Below, piece after piece: positions 31,697 to 42,125 of a stretch of DNA of 64,000 bases. The position numbers were made by a program, and so were the translations under genes. Origin of the DNA: Nannocystis bainbridge (GTDB lineage: Bacteria; Myxococcota_A; Polyangia; Nannocystales; Nannocystaceae); contig NZ_JAQNDL010000003.1 in assembly GCF_028368995.1 (NCBI RefSeq), positions 1,920,001 through 1,984,000 on the forward strand, read 5' to 3'. The notes below the pieces were generated by a model. It saw only the letters and a program-made list of their open reading frames with translations, did no database searches and was not told the origin of the DNA. Positions within the stretch are counted from its first letter, which is position 1. Every line of letters starts with the position of its first letter.

Positions 31697-32247
31697 CCAG
31701 TCTGCTCCTCGAGCCAGCCGACAGCGCACGGACAGGAAAGTTCCCGGGGTTGGCGCGCGTCAGGGATGGACGCTCGTGGCTGCGCCGGGGCCGACGCGCG
31801 CGGCGGGCTCGGGGCCGATTCGGCCCGGAGGACCGAGCAACGCATCACGTATGTATCAGGGCGTGAGGCGGCGCGCTCGGCGGGAGCCAGGACACAGCTG
31901 GCAGAGCGCGGCTTGCGCTGCCCCCCCCTGCGAGCCAGATCGGCGCCATCGCCGAACAGTCACACATGGCCGCACAATGTCGATCAGAAGTTCAAATTGT
32001 GATGGAGATCAAACATGCGTGGGCATCTTCCACGAAGATGATATTGCACAGAGAGGCGCGACGAGCGGCATCTCTCAGGACCGGGACAAAGATGAGATTG
32101 CACGCCATGCTCCATTAGCATGACAGGCATCCGTAGGGCCAGCGCCATACCCGCCGCGCCCTTGATCGACCGTGACGCCGAGGATTCCAGTAGACATCTC
32201 GGAAGGGGGATGCACCATGAGATGGAATCATTGGAAAGGAAGACACA

Positions 32248-32655
32248 ATGTTGAAGACGCTCTCAGTTTCAGCTCTCTTTGCGCTCACCTTGTCGGGAAC
32301 GCCATCTACCGCTGTCGGGCCGGGCTCGCCGCAGGCGAGTAGGAGTGATGAATTTGTTTGTTTGTCTGATGCCACCGTGCACGGAGAGATCGAAGCATTC
32401 ATGGACTATTTGGAAGGGGAGGTGGATGTGCCTCCGACGGATCCCTTGCCGCTGTACTGCCTCGCCAAATGCGTAGGGCCTCACGCGAGCACCCAATTCA
32501 GACCGATCGCCGGACCTACCACCCCTGAGAAGATCGTGAAAGAATATCCTTACGTGGACCCGTACAAATGGTGTGACTACGTGGCAGAAAAGACCTGCGC
32601 GCAACTGGGCGCGGACGTCGGAGTCGGTGAATCGTGTTTTGGCTCCCGCCTCTGA
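32248..32655 (+). CDS. Secreted Cys-containing hypothetical protein, lower GC
   Basis: AAGGAAG RBS, signal peptide, six Cys; AT-richer than the flanks. Confidence 0.7.
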   Translation: MLKTLSVSALFALTLSGTPSTAVGPGSPQASRSDEFVCLSDATVHGEIEAFMDYLEGEVDVPPTDPLPLYCLAKCVGPHASTQFRPIAGPTTPEKIVKEYPYVDPYKWCDYVAEKTCAQLGADVGVGESCFGSRL

Positions 32656-32999
32656 GCTTGCGAGCGCTCGCCGAGGCTCTGCGTCAGGCGCGGTTCGTCT
32701 GTCGTCCGACCTGGGCTCGGCGAGCTGCGGGGACCCGGTCGGCGACTCGGGCACCGGGCCCGCATGAAGCCCCCAGCACCAGGCGGATCGCGGGCTTCGC
32801 GACGCGCATCGAGGTCGGGACCTCATGCTGCAGCAGCAGTCGACGAGCGCGAGGTCTTCTTCCCCCTGCGGCCCCCTGAGCGTGAGCATGGAGGCACTCG
32901 AGCGACTCGACAGCCGCATCAAGGCCCCCAAGGGCCAGATGTATCGGTTGTTGAGCTTGCTCGACGCGGTGACCCGCCATGTCGCGGATCGCCGCGGCG

Positions 33000-33470
33000 C
33001 TACGCGTCCTCGTCGTCGTCCGGCACGCGGGACGCGAGCTCGTCCTCGACGGCCTCGAGGAACTGCTTGCGATCGAAGCGCGCGGCGTAGCTGTTGAAGA
33101 AGGCCGGGCCGATCGCCGGGGTCTTTCCGGTCCAGCGCCCGCCCCCGGCCTGCCGCTCGGCCCCGGACTCGCGCCACATCGCCGCCAGCGCCTCGTCGTC
33201 GCCGCCGCGGGCCCGCGACCAGTAGTCGTGGCCCTGACCGACGACCCAATCGGTCAAGTCCTCGCAGCTGTCCTCGGACAGGCAGCCGTCCAGCTCGGGG
33301 ACGAACGGGCCCTCCCACTTCGCGCGCACCTCGGCGCTGGCGTCCACGACATCGGCGTAGAGCACGACGAGCAGATCCTCGTCCAGCTCGGCGACGAGGG
33401 CGTGGAACCGGGCCGGGTCGGGCATGCTGGCGTCGAGCAGGTCCCACAGGCGCGCGTAAGCACGGGTCAT
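33000..33470 (-). CDS. DUF4240-like protein
   Basis: LWDLLD...SEDSCEDLTDWVVGQG motif. Confidence 0.7.
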   Translation of the reverse strand: MTRAYARLWDLLDASMPDPARFHALVAELDEDLLVVLYADVVDASAEVRAKWEGPFVPELDGCLSEDSCEDLTDWVVGQGHDYWSRARGGDDEALAAMWRESGAERQAGGGRWTGKTPAIGPAFFNSYAARFDRKQFLEAVEDELASRVPDDDEDA

Positions 33471-33505
33471 GGCGCCGGGAGTATCACGACGCGCGGCGCG
33501 GCGCG

Positions 33506-33534
33506 TATACCCCGGCGCCCGGGCGGCGTGTAGC
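33506..33534. repeat. 29-bp direct repeat, copy 2 (overlaps a TAGCAT -10-like hexamer before the sigma gene)
   Basis: TATACCCCGGCGCCCGGGCGGCGTGTAGC. Confidence 0.9.
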
Positions 33535-33545
33535 ATCCGCCTGCC

Positions 33546-34430
33546 ATGTCCGGGGCCCTCGAGCTGCTGTCCGCCCGCTGGGGCGAGCTTCCGCCGCCGC
33601 TGCGCGAGCGGACCGACGCGGCCGCGCTGGCGAGCGCGTGGCAGGCGATCGCGGCGGCCTGGCCGGGGTTCGCCGCCGACCCGCCGGCGTTCTTCGCCCG
33701 CGTGGCCCCGCGCCTGGCCCCGGACTGCGACATCGCGGCGGTGGCCTGGGCCGACCTGGCGCTCGCCGACGCCTGCCTGCGCGCCCTCCCGGGCGCCCTG
33801 GCGGCCTTCGAGGCGGCCCACGGCGAGGCCCTCGACGCGGCCCTGCAGGCGGTGGGCATCGGCGCCGACGCGCGGGCCGAGGCCCGCCAGCGCCTCCGCC
33901 TGCGCCTGCTGGTCCGCGAGACCGAAGCTCCGCCGCGCCTGGCCAGCTACTCCGGCCGCGGCCCGCTGCGCGCGTGGCTGCGGGTGGCGACGGTGCGCGA
34001 GGCCTTGATGCTGGTCCGCTCGGCCCGCCGCCGCGCCGCCCACGAGATCGAGGACGACGGCGAGCTGCTCGAGCAGGCCGCGGTGGTCGACGATCCGGAG
34101 ATCGTGCTGCTGCGCGAGCGCTGCCGCGAGGAGCTGCGCGCGGCCCTGCGCGCCGCCGTGGCCGCGCTCGACAGCCGCGACCGCACGCTGCTGCGCCTGG
34201 CGCTGCGCGACCGCCTGACCGTCGACCAACTCGGCGCGCTGTTCCACGTCCACCGCTCGACCGCGGCCCGCTGGCTGCGCGCGGTGCAGGCCAAGCTGCA
34301 CGCCGACACCCGCGCCGAGCTGGCCCGCACGCTCCGCCTCGAAGGCGCCGAGATCGAGTCCCTCATCCGCGCGATCGGCAGCCGCATCGACATGAGCCTG
34401 GCCGGCTCGCTCGAGCCGACCATCGCCTGA
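33546..34430 (+). CDS. Myxobacterial ECF-type sigma-70 factor (kinase-associated family)
   Basis: DLALADAC, YSGRGPLRAWLRV, region 4 LTVDQLGALFHVHRSTAARW. Confidence 0.9.
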   Translation: MSGALELLSARWGELPPPLRERTDAAALASAWQAIAAAWPGFAADPPAFFARVAPRLAPDCDIAAVAWADLALADACLRALPGALAAFEAAHGEALDAALQAVGIGADARAEARQRLRLRLLVRETEAPPRLASYSGRGPLRAWLRVATVREALMLVRSARRRAAHEIEDDGELLEQAAVVDDPEIVLLRERCREELRAALRAAVAALDSRDRTLLRLALRDRLTVDQLGALFHVHRSTAARWLRAVQAKLHADTRAELARTLRLEGAEIESLIRAIGSRIDMSLAGSLEPTIA

Positions 34431-34540
34431 ATTGTCCTCATGGAAACTTCGGACATGCCCCAAGGGACATATCCGACGCGCCATCCATCGCCTGAACGAC
34501 TCTCATGAGCTTTGGACATGCCCCAAGGGACATGTCCGAA
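34420..34540. repeat. Two tandem ~64-bp units made of the sigma gene's last codons plus a CATG pair
   Basis: CCATCGCCTGAA at 34420 and 34485; GGACATGCCCCAAGGGACAT at 34451 and 34514. Confidence 0.85.
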
Positions 34541-34649
34541 TCGCCATCTTTGATGACTCCCGATTCCGATGATTCAGGACATCGGCGATGCGACCGACCC
34601 GGCACCGCGCCGGCCCGCCGGGACACAAAACATCAAAGTCGACGGGCGT

Positions 34650-35774
34650 TCAATCGCCGAGCGCCATGTCGATCTGCGCCAGCGCGACCGCCATCGCTGC
34701 CTTCTGGGCGGCCAGGTTGCCCGCCGCCGTCCCGCCGTCGGCCTTGGCTCCGGCGCTGTCGAACGAGTGGCCGGCGTTCGGGTAGACCGTGATGTCGTAG
34801 AGGTTCGGCACCTTCTGCTTGCTCGCCACCTGCCCCGCCTGGATCTCCCGCGAGCCGGCGCCGTGCTCGGTGCTACAGTGCTCGACCAGCGAATCCTCGC
34901 TGCCGTGGAGGATGAACAGCGGCGCGGTCGGCAGGTACTTGTTCTCGACGGCCACCTTGGTGCTGGTCGAGAGCGGCACCGTGCCGTCGAAGCCGCAGCC
35001 CGGGTAGTACGCGATCCCGACCTTGAAGTCCGGCCGCCCCGGCTTCACGTCCGGCACCGGGATGTCGACCGTGTTCGCCTTGGTCTCGCGGAAGTACTGC
35101 AGCGCGTGCTCGATCTGCCAGTGCAGCCCCAGCATCGTCATCGTCCCGCCCTGCGAGAAGCCGAGCAGGCCCATGCGGTCGCAGTCGACCTCGGGCCGGT
35201 CGCACAGGTAGCGCGTCGCGGCGTCGAGGTCGTAGATCCGGCCCAGGATCTGCTCGGTGTTCTCGTCGAAGGTCTTGGGCATCTTGCTGGCCTGGGAGTG
35301 CTTGTCGCAGAACCCGCGGGCCGAGTAGCTCGACGGCAGCAGCACTGTGTAACCCAGCTTGGCCAGGCGGTCCGACCAGGCGGTGAATTGCGACTCCATC
35401 TGCTCGCTGCACGGGGCGGCCTTGGTCTTGCCGTCCTTGAGCAGGCCGCCGGAGCCGTGCAGCACCATCATCGCCGGCTTCTGGCCGACCGCCTTGGACC
35501 ACTTCGGCCGCACCAACTTGGCCGGGATCGCCAGGCCCTGCGCGTGCAGCGATTTGGGGATCGTGACATCGAGGACCTCTACCCCGACGACCGTGGCGCC
35601 GCCGAGGTCGGCCTCGCCGCCACTGTCGCCGCCACCCCCCAATTCGGAGGACAGCTCCAGGTGATGCCATTCCTGCGACTCGACCGCGTCAGGCCCGTAC
35701 GCCTCCTCGTCGCAGCCGACCGCGAGCACAGCCACGCACATCGTCGTCTTCGCCAGGGTCCTTGCGTGAATCAT
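34650..35774 (-). CDS. Dienelactone-hydrolase-family lipoprotein
   Basis: AVGC lipobox; LHGSGG, GFSQGG, HGSED, GHSFD. Confidence 0.9.
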   Translation of the reverse strand: MIHARTLAKTTMCVAVLAVGCDEEAYGPDAVESQEWHHLELSSELGGGGDSGGEADLGGATVVGVEVLDVTIPKSLHAQGLAIPAKLVRPKWSKAVGQKPAMMVLHGSGGLLKDGKTKAAPCSEQMESQFTAWSDRLAKLGYTVLLPSSYSARGFCDKHSQASKMPKTFDENTEQILGRIYDLDAATRYLCDRPEVDCDRMGLLGFSQGGTMTMLGLHWQIEHALQYFRETKANTVDIPVPDVKPGRPDFKVGIAYYPGCGFDGTVPLSTSTKVAVENKYLPTAPLFILHGSEDSLVEHCSTEHGAGSREIQAGQVASKQKVPNLYDITVYPNAGHSFDSAGAKADGGTAAGNLAAQKAAMAVALAQIDMALGD

Positions 35775-35871
35775 CGTCAGACACCTCCTCGTCCGACAAT
35801 CTCGTCACCTCAAGAACACGTCAATGCTGCGTGTCGACCGCCTTCGCAATTACGACCCTGGCGCCGATTGC

Positions 35872-35912
35872 ACATATGTCCCAAGGGACATGCCCTTCGG
35901 GGCATGTCATGA
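35872..35912. repeat. 14-bp-phased CATG array
   Basis: TATG 35875, CATG 35889, CATG 35903. Confidence 0.8.
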
Positions 35913-36007
35913 AAGACGGGTGAGGCGTGAGCCATGTCTCCATGTGCGTGAGCGGCGGCGGTTGCCGCGCAGAGGTTCACGCAGTCTGCCTCGGAAGATG
36001 TGTCGAC

Positions 36008-36027
36008 TTTCTCAAATCAGTGAGAAA
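36008..36027. promoter_or_regulatory. Candidate operator palindrome
   Basis: TTTCTCA-N6-TGAGAAA in AT-rich DNA upstream of the hydrolase. Confidence 0.3.
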
Positions 36028-36646
36028 TCGCAAGATATAGGTCCCAGCGTTCAGCGGTCCGATCGTGCTTCTGCGCAACCGTCGCCGCGGCCCTGCCCCC
36101 GGCTGCAGGTCGCCCAAGCTGCTTCCTGCGCGGCCGGCCGCCTACAGCGCAGCGATCCCCGTCCAGCCGGCGCGCTCTCGCGCCTCAGAAGCTGTCTTCT
36201 TGGACCCAGGACGGGATGCCCACGCCTTGACACCTCCCCCCGGCGCGTCACGCACCAGCGACGCCGCAACGGCCGCGGATCCCCGCTCCGCACGGCGAGG
36301 CAAAGGATTGGATGCCCTCCCCTGCATCGCCCTGGAGCGCCCGGGCTCGTGCCAGCGAATCACGCGAGGGCGCCTACGCGGACGCAGGCTCCAGCGAGGC
36401 GGCCCGATCGGCCGCCCCGTGGACCCGTGGCATACCCCGCAGCATCACCACGATGACGGCCGCGAGCAGCAGCTCGGAGACGGCGAAGCCCACCAGATAC
36501 GCGGCAGTGCCCGGCGCGCCGCTCACGGTCAGGGCCAGATCGGCGGCGTTCCATGACCAGGAGGTAGCGGGCGACGCGAAAGAAGAGCACGCGCGACGGT
36601 AATACCGTTCGGGGCGGCCGGGCGATCCGGCCACGAGATCGCGGCT

Positions 36647-37198
36647 TCAGCCTGGAGGCAGGGGCAGCAGCATGGCCTGCGAGAAGCGCACGCGGTCGGT
36701 GCCGTTGTTGGTGCCTTGATGCATCGTCACGTCGATCCACAGCACCACGTCGAGCATGAAGTTGGGAAATGCGTCGAGCAGGGCCTCGGACCAGGCGTCG
36801 GTGGTCGCGTTGCCGCTGAGGACATCGCCGAAGAAGGTGGCCACCGTCGAGGCGCGGTGAATCCCGTGCAGCTCGGCGAGCACCCAGGTGTTGCTGCCTC
36901 CAGCGTCGGGATCGCGGGCCATGATCCCGATCCCCGAGTGGCGCAGCCCGGTCTTGACGTTGCCGGTCATGTAGAACGGCGAGATCCGGACCGGGCACAG
37001 CAGCTCGATGTCGTCGTTCTGGACGGCGGCGCCGACCAGCCAGGAGCCGTCGACGAGCTCGGCCTTGCCGATGTCGTCGGCGTTCGCCATGCGGCAGGCG
37101 CTGGCGGGGATCGCCTCGCGGAAGGTCTCCGACGCGGCGGCCGGACCGGGGGTGAATGCAATCGTGGCAGCGATGAATGGCAGGATCGTCTTGTACAT
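36647..37198 (-). CDS. Secreted hypothetical protein, paralogue 3
   Basis: Signal peptide; IPASAC...GSW...LLCPV. Confidence 0.8.
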   Translation of the reverse strand: MYKTILPFIAATIAFTPGPAAASETFREAIPASACRMANADDIGKAELVDGSWLVGAAVQNDDIELLCPVRISPFYMTGNVKTGLRHSGIGIMARDPDAGGSNTWVLAELHGIHRASTVATFFGDVLSGNATTDAWSEALLDAFPNFMLDVVLWIDVTMHQGTNNGTDRVRFSQAMLLPLPPG

Positions 37199-37214
37199 GG
37201 TGGAGCTCCGGCGA

Positions 37215-37757
37215 TCACTGGGGCGACGGCTGGAAATCGAGGCCGACGAACGCCGGCGTCGCGGTGGCGGTGGTGTCGCGCTGGAGCGTGACCTCGACGT
37301 GGTAGGTGAAGAGGAGGAAGGAGGCGGTGTGGTTGACGAAGAGCATCGTGCGGATGAAGAAATTGTCGACGAAATCATCCGAGTCGACGACGCCGCCGGT
37401 CACCAGCGAGTCGACGGTGCTGGTCCGCGAGCGCCGCAGCAGGTCGGCGCGCACGAACGAGCTGGCGCCGTCGCCGTCGGGATCGTGGTACCACAGGCGG
37501 AACGAGGCGATATTGACCGAATCGGCCTGGGCGTCCGGACGCGACAGGTGAAGCGGGCAGAACAGCCGGGCCTCGCCGGAGTGGCCGGTGGCGAATGTCC
37601 ACACGCCGTTGGTGAGCTTGAGCTTGGCCGCGTCGGTCGAATTGCGCGGCTGGCAGGCGGGCGCGGGGATGCGGAGGTCGAACCAGGTGGCAGCGCTGGC
37701 GACGGTCGGGACGAGGGCGGCGCTCAGGGCCAGGAGAGTCGGGTAAAGGCGCTTCAT
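37215..37757 (-). CDS. Secreted hypothetical protein, paralogue 2
   Basis: Signal peptide; IPAPACQP...GVW...LFCPL...LWYHDPDG. Confidence 0.82.
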   Translation of the reverse strand: MKRLYPTLLALSAALVPTVASAATWFDLRIPAPACQPRNSTDAAKLKLTNGVWTFATGHSGEARLFCPLHLSRPDAQADSVNIASFRLWYHDPDGDGASSFVRADLLRRSRTSTVDSLVTGGVVDSDDFVDNFFIRTMLFVNHTASFLLFTYHVEVTLQRDTTATATPAFVGLDFQPSPQ

Positions 37758-37764
37758 GGGGTCC

Positions 37765-38379
37765 TCAGGGCGCTTCGAAGAAGGAGACGCCGCGGAAAGT
37801 GACGGTCCGGTTGGTGCCCTGGCGGAACAGCCGCACGACCAGGAAATACTGGGCGTCGACCATCGCCAGGTTGTTCAGCGCGGTGGCGAAGGTGGTGGGC
37901 GAGGTGTTGCTGTTGTTGTCGGAAAGCACGGTGCCGACCAGCACCGAGGTGAGCGACGGCGGGGCGATCCGGCGCAGCTCGACCTTGACGCTGGCGTCGG
38001 TCAAATCACCGCTGGTATCGATGTACCACATCCGCAACTCTTCGATGATGCGGTTGCCGCTGTCCTCGTCGGTCCACGGGGTGTAGACCGGGCACTCGAG
38101 GAAGACCTCGCCGGTCTCGCCGGTGGTGAAGCGCCAGTCGACGCCGTTCCAGGTCAGCTTGCTGCGGTCGCTGGCGAGGCGCGGCTGGCAGGCGGCCGCG
38201 GAGACCCGCTCGTTCAGCTTGTCGTCTTCGGCCGCGCGCGCGGCCCCGGGCACGGCGAGTCCGCCGAGGCCGAGCGCGACCACCAGCGGGGCAGCGTGAA
38301 AGACTCTGATGAATGCGTCGCGCCGGCGCGCGGGGCGACGACGCGCGCTGGGCAGGGCCGTAGGATGTGGTTGGCTCAT
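37765..38379 (-). CDS. Secreted hypothetical protein, paralogue 1
   Basis: Signal peptide; VSAAACQP...DW...LECPV...MWYIDTSG. Confidence 0.78.
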   Translation of the reverse strand: MSQPHPTALPSARRRPARRRDAFIRVFHAAPLVVALGLGGLAVPGAARAAEDDKLNERVSAAACQPRLASDRSKLTWNGVDWRFTTGETGEVFLECPVYTPWTDEDSGNRIIEELRMWYIDTSGDLTDASVKVELRRIAPPSLTSVLVGTVLSDNNSNTSPTTFATALNNLAMVDAQYFLVVRLFRQGTNRTVTFRGVSFFEAP

Positions 38380-38651
38380 GCGAGGCGTATGAGCAATCGA
38401 CGTGCCCCGCGAATTGTCGTGGAGATCCGCGAGCGAGGTCCCACGATTGCGCGGGCGAGCGAGCGAGCGGGGATGCGGCAGCCCCATGGGGCCCCATGGG
38501 GCGATGAATCACCAGAGCGCGCCGTCCCGTGGCGCGCCGCGCCGAAGCGCCAGGGACGGGATGCATGGGGGCCGGCGTCCTCGCAGACATCGGAGGCATG
38601 ATTGTCGACGGCGCCCGCAATTTTTCTGCGGCCGCTGGTTACTCCGCTCGC

Positions 38652-40181
38652 ATGAGCCTGTCTGTCCCTCTCCGGCTGCGGTCGCTGGCGCTCACGGGTG
38701 CGTTCTTGTTGACCGCGTGTCCCATCGACGGCGGCACCGCCACCGACGCCGAGCTCACCAGCGGCTCGGGCGGACCCGCCACCACTGGAACCGGCGGTGA
38801 CATGACCACCACCGACGTCGACGAGCCGACCACGGCCGACCCGACGACCACCGGCACCACCGGCACCACCGGCACCACTGGCGAGGACGAGGTGATTCCC
38901 GTACCGCCCGTGTGCGACGACCCGGCCAGCCCGCTGTGCCGGGACCCGATCACGAAGTGCAAGCTCGACGAGGACCGCGACGGCGTCACGTACACTTGCG
39001 ACAACGCGCCGGAATTCACCAACCCCGGGCAGGAGGACCTCGACGGCGACGGCATCGGCGATGTCGCCGATCTGTGCCCGATCCTCCCCACCGACGACAA
39101 CAACGACTCCGACCGCGACAGCGTCGGCAACGCCTGTGACGTGTGCTCGCGGCCGCCCAACGCTTACAACAAGCAGGTCGCGTCGGTGCCGTTCTACATG
39201 CGAGCGCGCAACAACCCGACCCAGGTCGACAGCGACCGCGACGGCATCGGTGACGCCTGCGACAACTGCGTGCAGGTCGCCAACTGCCAGGCGTACGGCG
39301 ACGGGCCCGGGCTCACGCCGCACGTGGTCGGCCAGCCGACCGACATCAAGGTACCCGGTTGTCAGGACGACCTCGACGTCGACCTGATCGGCGACGCCTG
39401 CGAGGGCATGGCGATCGCTGGCGCCGCCGGACCGGTCGGCTTCCTCGACGGCGACGACTTCGATCAGGACGGGCTCGCCAACCTCGTCGACGGCTGCCCG
39501 CGGCAGCCTGTCGAGCGGCGCGCGTGCGTCGAAGACGACGACTGCCCCTCCGGCGCCACCTGCAGCGCCGCACAGATCTGCAACCACGCCGACCACGACG
39601 GCGACGCGGTCGGCGACGTCTGTGACAACTGCCCGTGGACCGCCAACCCCGAGCAGCTCGACGAGGACGCCGACGACGACATCGACAACGACTTCATCGG
39701 CGCCGCCTGCGAGCAGCACCCGCTCTGCGTCGAGCACGGCAACCCGCGCCCGCTCGCCTTTTACGACATCAGCGTCGGCGGCTACTGTTGCGTCCCCAGC
39801 CATGGCGGTCAGCCCTTGATCGATCCGGACGGCCAGCCCATCGACCTCGCCGACCTGCCTCCGCTCCCGCCTGGCGTGCTCGAGCTCCCGCCTGGCTGCG
39901 ACGAGGCCTTGCTCGCCAGCGCGGACGGCAAGGCCCACAAGATGAAGGCCTGCCACGTCGACGCACCGATCGACCTGTGGCAGCACCTGTGCCTGATGCC
40001 CGCGTGGGACCAGGACTTCGACGCCGTGCCCGACGAGTGCGACCTGTGCCCGTTCGCGTTCGATCCGTCGAACGCGGCCTACGTCGACGCAGACATGAAA
40101 GAGTGGCCCAACTACGGCAAGTACTGCCACGGCGACTACAGCCCGGAGCACCTCGACCCGGCCGAGATGTGCATGCCGTGA
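38652..40181 (+). CDS. Thrombospondin type-3 repeat lipoprotein
   Basis: LLTAC lipobox; repeated DxDxDGxGDACDNC motifs. Confidence 0.9.
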   Translation: MSLSVPLRLRSLALTGAFLLTACPIDGGTATDAELTSGSGGPATTGTGGDMTTTDVDEPTTADPTTTGTTGTTGTTGEDEVIPVPPVCDDPASPLCRDPITKCKLDEDRDGVTYTCDNAPEFTNPGQEDLDGDGIGDVADLCPILPTDDNNDSDRDSVGNACDVCSRPPNAYNKQVASVPFYMRARNNPTQVDSDRDGIGDACDNCVQVANCQAYGDGPGLTPHVVGQPTDIKVPGCQDDLDVDLIGDACEGMAIAGAAGPVGFLDGDDFDQDGLANLVDGCPRQPVERRACVEDDDCPSGATCSAAQICNHADHDGDAVGDVCDNCPWTANPEQLDEDADDDIDNDFIGAACEQHPLCVEHGNPRPLAFYDISVGGYCCVPSHGGQPLIDPDGQPIDLADLPPLPPGVLELPPGCDEALLASADGKAHKMKACHVDAPIDLWQHLCLMPAWDQDFDAVPDECDLCPFAFDPSNAAYVDADMKEWPNYGKYCHGDYSPEHLDPAEMCMP

Positions 40182-40473
40182 CGGCGAGCGGGGCTTCTCG
40201 TGACGCATGAGCTGCAACTTCCCCCTCGGGGCCGCCGGCGCTGCATGTATCGATGGGTCGAAAGGACGCCGGGCGATCGCAACTCTCGCTGCGAATCGAC
40301 GGTTGGCTACTTTCAGAGTTTGAATGCACCTCGGGATTGGGGCGATCCGCTGGAGGGGCTCTGGGAGGACGAAGAAAAAGATCCGCATCTGCTTCTCGAG
40401 GAAGTCGCGGCCCTCCTCCGACTGTAGCCGCCCCTGCTGTGAGACACGGCCTTCGAGCACGTTGCGCTCTCGT

Positions 40474-41736
40474 TTAGTCCGCGTCTGCCACACGAAACGC
40501 ATCGGCCATGGTGTCTTGTTCGGCCCGCGAGATCTCCGCCGCAGTCGCCTCCGTTCGCCAGCTCCGGACGACTTCCTTGACTTCCTCAATGATCTCTCCG
40601 GCCCTCCGAGGCTTGATGCGGAAGTGCTCTGCAACCTCACGCGCGAGCTCAAGATCTTGCGCGTTGTCCGTTTCGGAGATGTTCATGGAAAGTCCGTCCC
40701 CGCTCCTGACCGGATTCATGTCGTAGGCGGGCGCCAGTGACCACCCAGGAGGCTCGAGCAAGAAGCCGTGATTGCGCGGATGATCGTCAACGTTCGAGAC
40801 GCACACGGAGAAAACGATCCGCCGCCAGAGTTGCTCGAGGTCGCGGTCCGGCTCTACGCCGTGTTGAATGATCACCGCCGCGAGGTCGAGATAGCTCGAG
40901 TCATGGTCGCCGTCGCTCTTCTCGAGCATAGTCATCGCAGACGAGAAGTGAATGCGTTCACCGCTCGCCGAACGATCGAAACGCCGTGAAAGAAAGGTGT
41001 GGTGGGGACTCGCAAAGCGTTGCCGGGTCGAATCGGGGACAATGATGCCCGCACGATACGCCAAGACGTGTACTACGCTCTCCCACGCTCCTATGTCGAC
41101 CTCGTCGTCCTTGCTGGGGAACTTGGCAATCCAAAGCCTTCCGTCCGCGTCATATACGCTGGCCTTCGGTCGGGCCCCCCCCAAAGAGCGCCCCGGTGCG
41201 ATGAGCAACTGCAGCCATTTTTTATAAGACGGATCGTCCTCAACGCCCTGCTGCTCGAGCGCCAAGCTCGCATGTTCCAGCTCTCGCAGAGAGGCCCACG
41301 GCGGAGCCGCCAGATCACGATTGTCGTCCAGAAACGGCCCGTCCTCGACCGCAAAGCGCAACGCCCCCATCCGGTGGCCGTCGTACACGCCCAGGAGAAA
41401 ATCGAGCTCGAAGAGGTGTCGTTGTTTTCGCTTCTCCTCCCTTGCGAGCTGCGCCTCGCGGCGCTTGAGCAGCACTCTGCCCCATCGATCAGGAGAGGAA
41501 TCGAGGAACAGGTTAAAGTTCTCTTTTCCGGCAGAGGGATACTGAGGCCCCTGAAACAGACGCAACGCGGGATCGAGCACTTGGGCCTGTCCGCCTTTGA
41601 GCCACTTCTCATCATATTCGAAGGAAAAGACCTCCTTGGTGCGGACACGCATGGAATGGAGGACCCCCATACGTGTCGGACCGGCGAGTCCCATCCAGTG
41701 GGCCCACACCGTGATACTTCGTCTCTCAGACGTCAT
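40474..41736 (-). CDS. hipA: HipA-family toxin kinase
   Basis: [50 protein letters not shown]. Confidence 0.95.
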   Translation of the reverse strand: MTSERRSITVWAHWMGLAGPTRMGVLHSMRVRTKEVFSFEYDEKWLKGGQAQVLDPALRLFQGPQYPSAGKENFNLFLDSSPDRWGRVLLKRREAQLAREEKRKQRHLFELDFLLGVYDGHRMGALRFAVEDGPFLDDNRDLAAPPWASLRELEHASLALEQQGVEDDPSYKKWLQLLIAPGRSLGGARPKASVYDADGRLWIAKFPSKDDEVDIGAWESVVHVLAYRAGIIVPDSTRQRFASPHHTFLSRRFDRSASGERIHFSSAMTMLEKSDGDHDSSYLDLAAVIIQHGVEPDRDLEQLWRRIVFSVCVSNVDDHPRNHGFLLEPPGWSLAPAYDMNPVRSGDGLSMNISETDNAQDLELAREVAEHFRIKPRRAGEIIEEVKEVVRSWRTEATAAEISRAEQDTMADAFRVADAD

Positions 41737-42082
41737 CCTGCTCCCCTCCCGAGGTCTCTGCGCTTTTTGGCTTCCTCGACCGTGGCCGTCGCTCGGGTTG
41801 CATCTTCAAATCCTGAAGCCGCCTCCCGAGTTCATCATCTTTAGCTATCAGCGCGAGGTCTTTCTCCAAACCCAGGCAATGCAACACGTTTGCGTATGCA
41901 CCGATGGTGACCCCGGCTTCTCCTCGTTCGATGGCCCTGAGTGTCGGAGCAGACATACCGGCGCGCTCAGCGACGAGGGCGCTGGGCAGTCTGCGCCGCA
42001 AGCGGGCCAGGCGAATACTCTCCCCCATCTGCTGAAGAAGACGGGAAACTGCGGGCAGCGGGGCCACGGTCGTTCGGGCCAT
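41726..42082 (-). CDS. XRE/HipB-like HTH antitoxin
   Basis: [11 protein letters not shown]...[17 protein letters not shown]; overlaps the hipA start. Confidence 0.92.
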   Translation of the reverse strand: MARTTVAPLPAVSRLLQQMGESIRLARLRRRLPSALVAERAGMSAPTLRAIERGEAGVTIGAYANVLHCLGLEKDLALIAKDDELGRRLQDLKMQPERRPRSRKPKSAETSGGEQDDV

Positions 42083-42090
42083 GATGAAAT

Positions 42091-42125
42091 TATCTTTTCG
42101 GAAATCAGCGATTTCTGCAAAAATA
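42091..42125. promoter_or_regulatory. Candidate autoregulatory operator of the hipBA-like operon
   Basis: GAAATC-agc-GATTTC core inverted repeat with imperfect AT-rich arms, immediately upstream of the antitoxin start. Confidence 0.45.

Noticed and set aside
36374-36634. 86-aa minus-strand ORF with one hydrophobic stretch
   Set aside because: No clear start, RBS or family motif; possibly a gene remnant, too weak to call.
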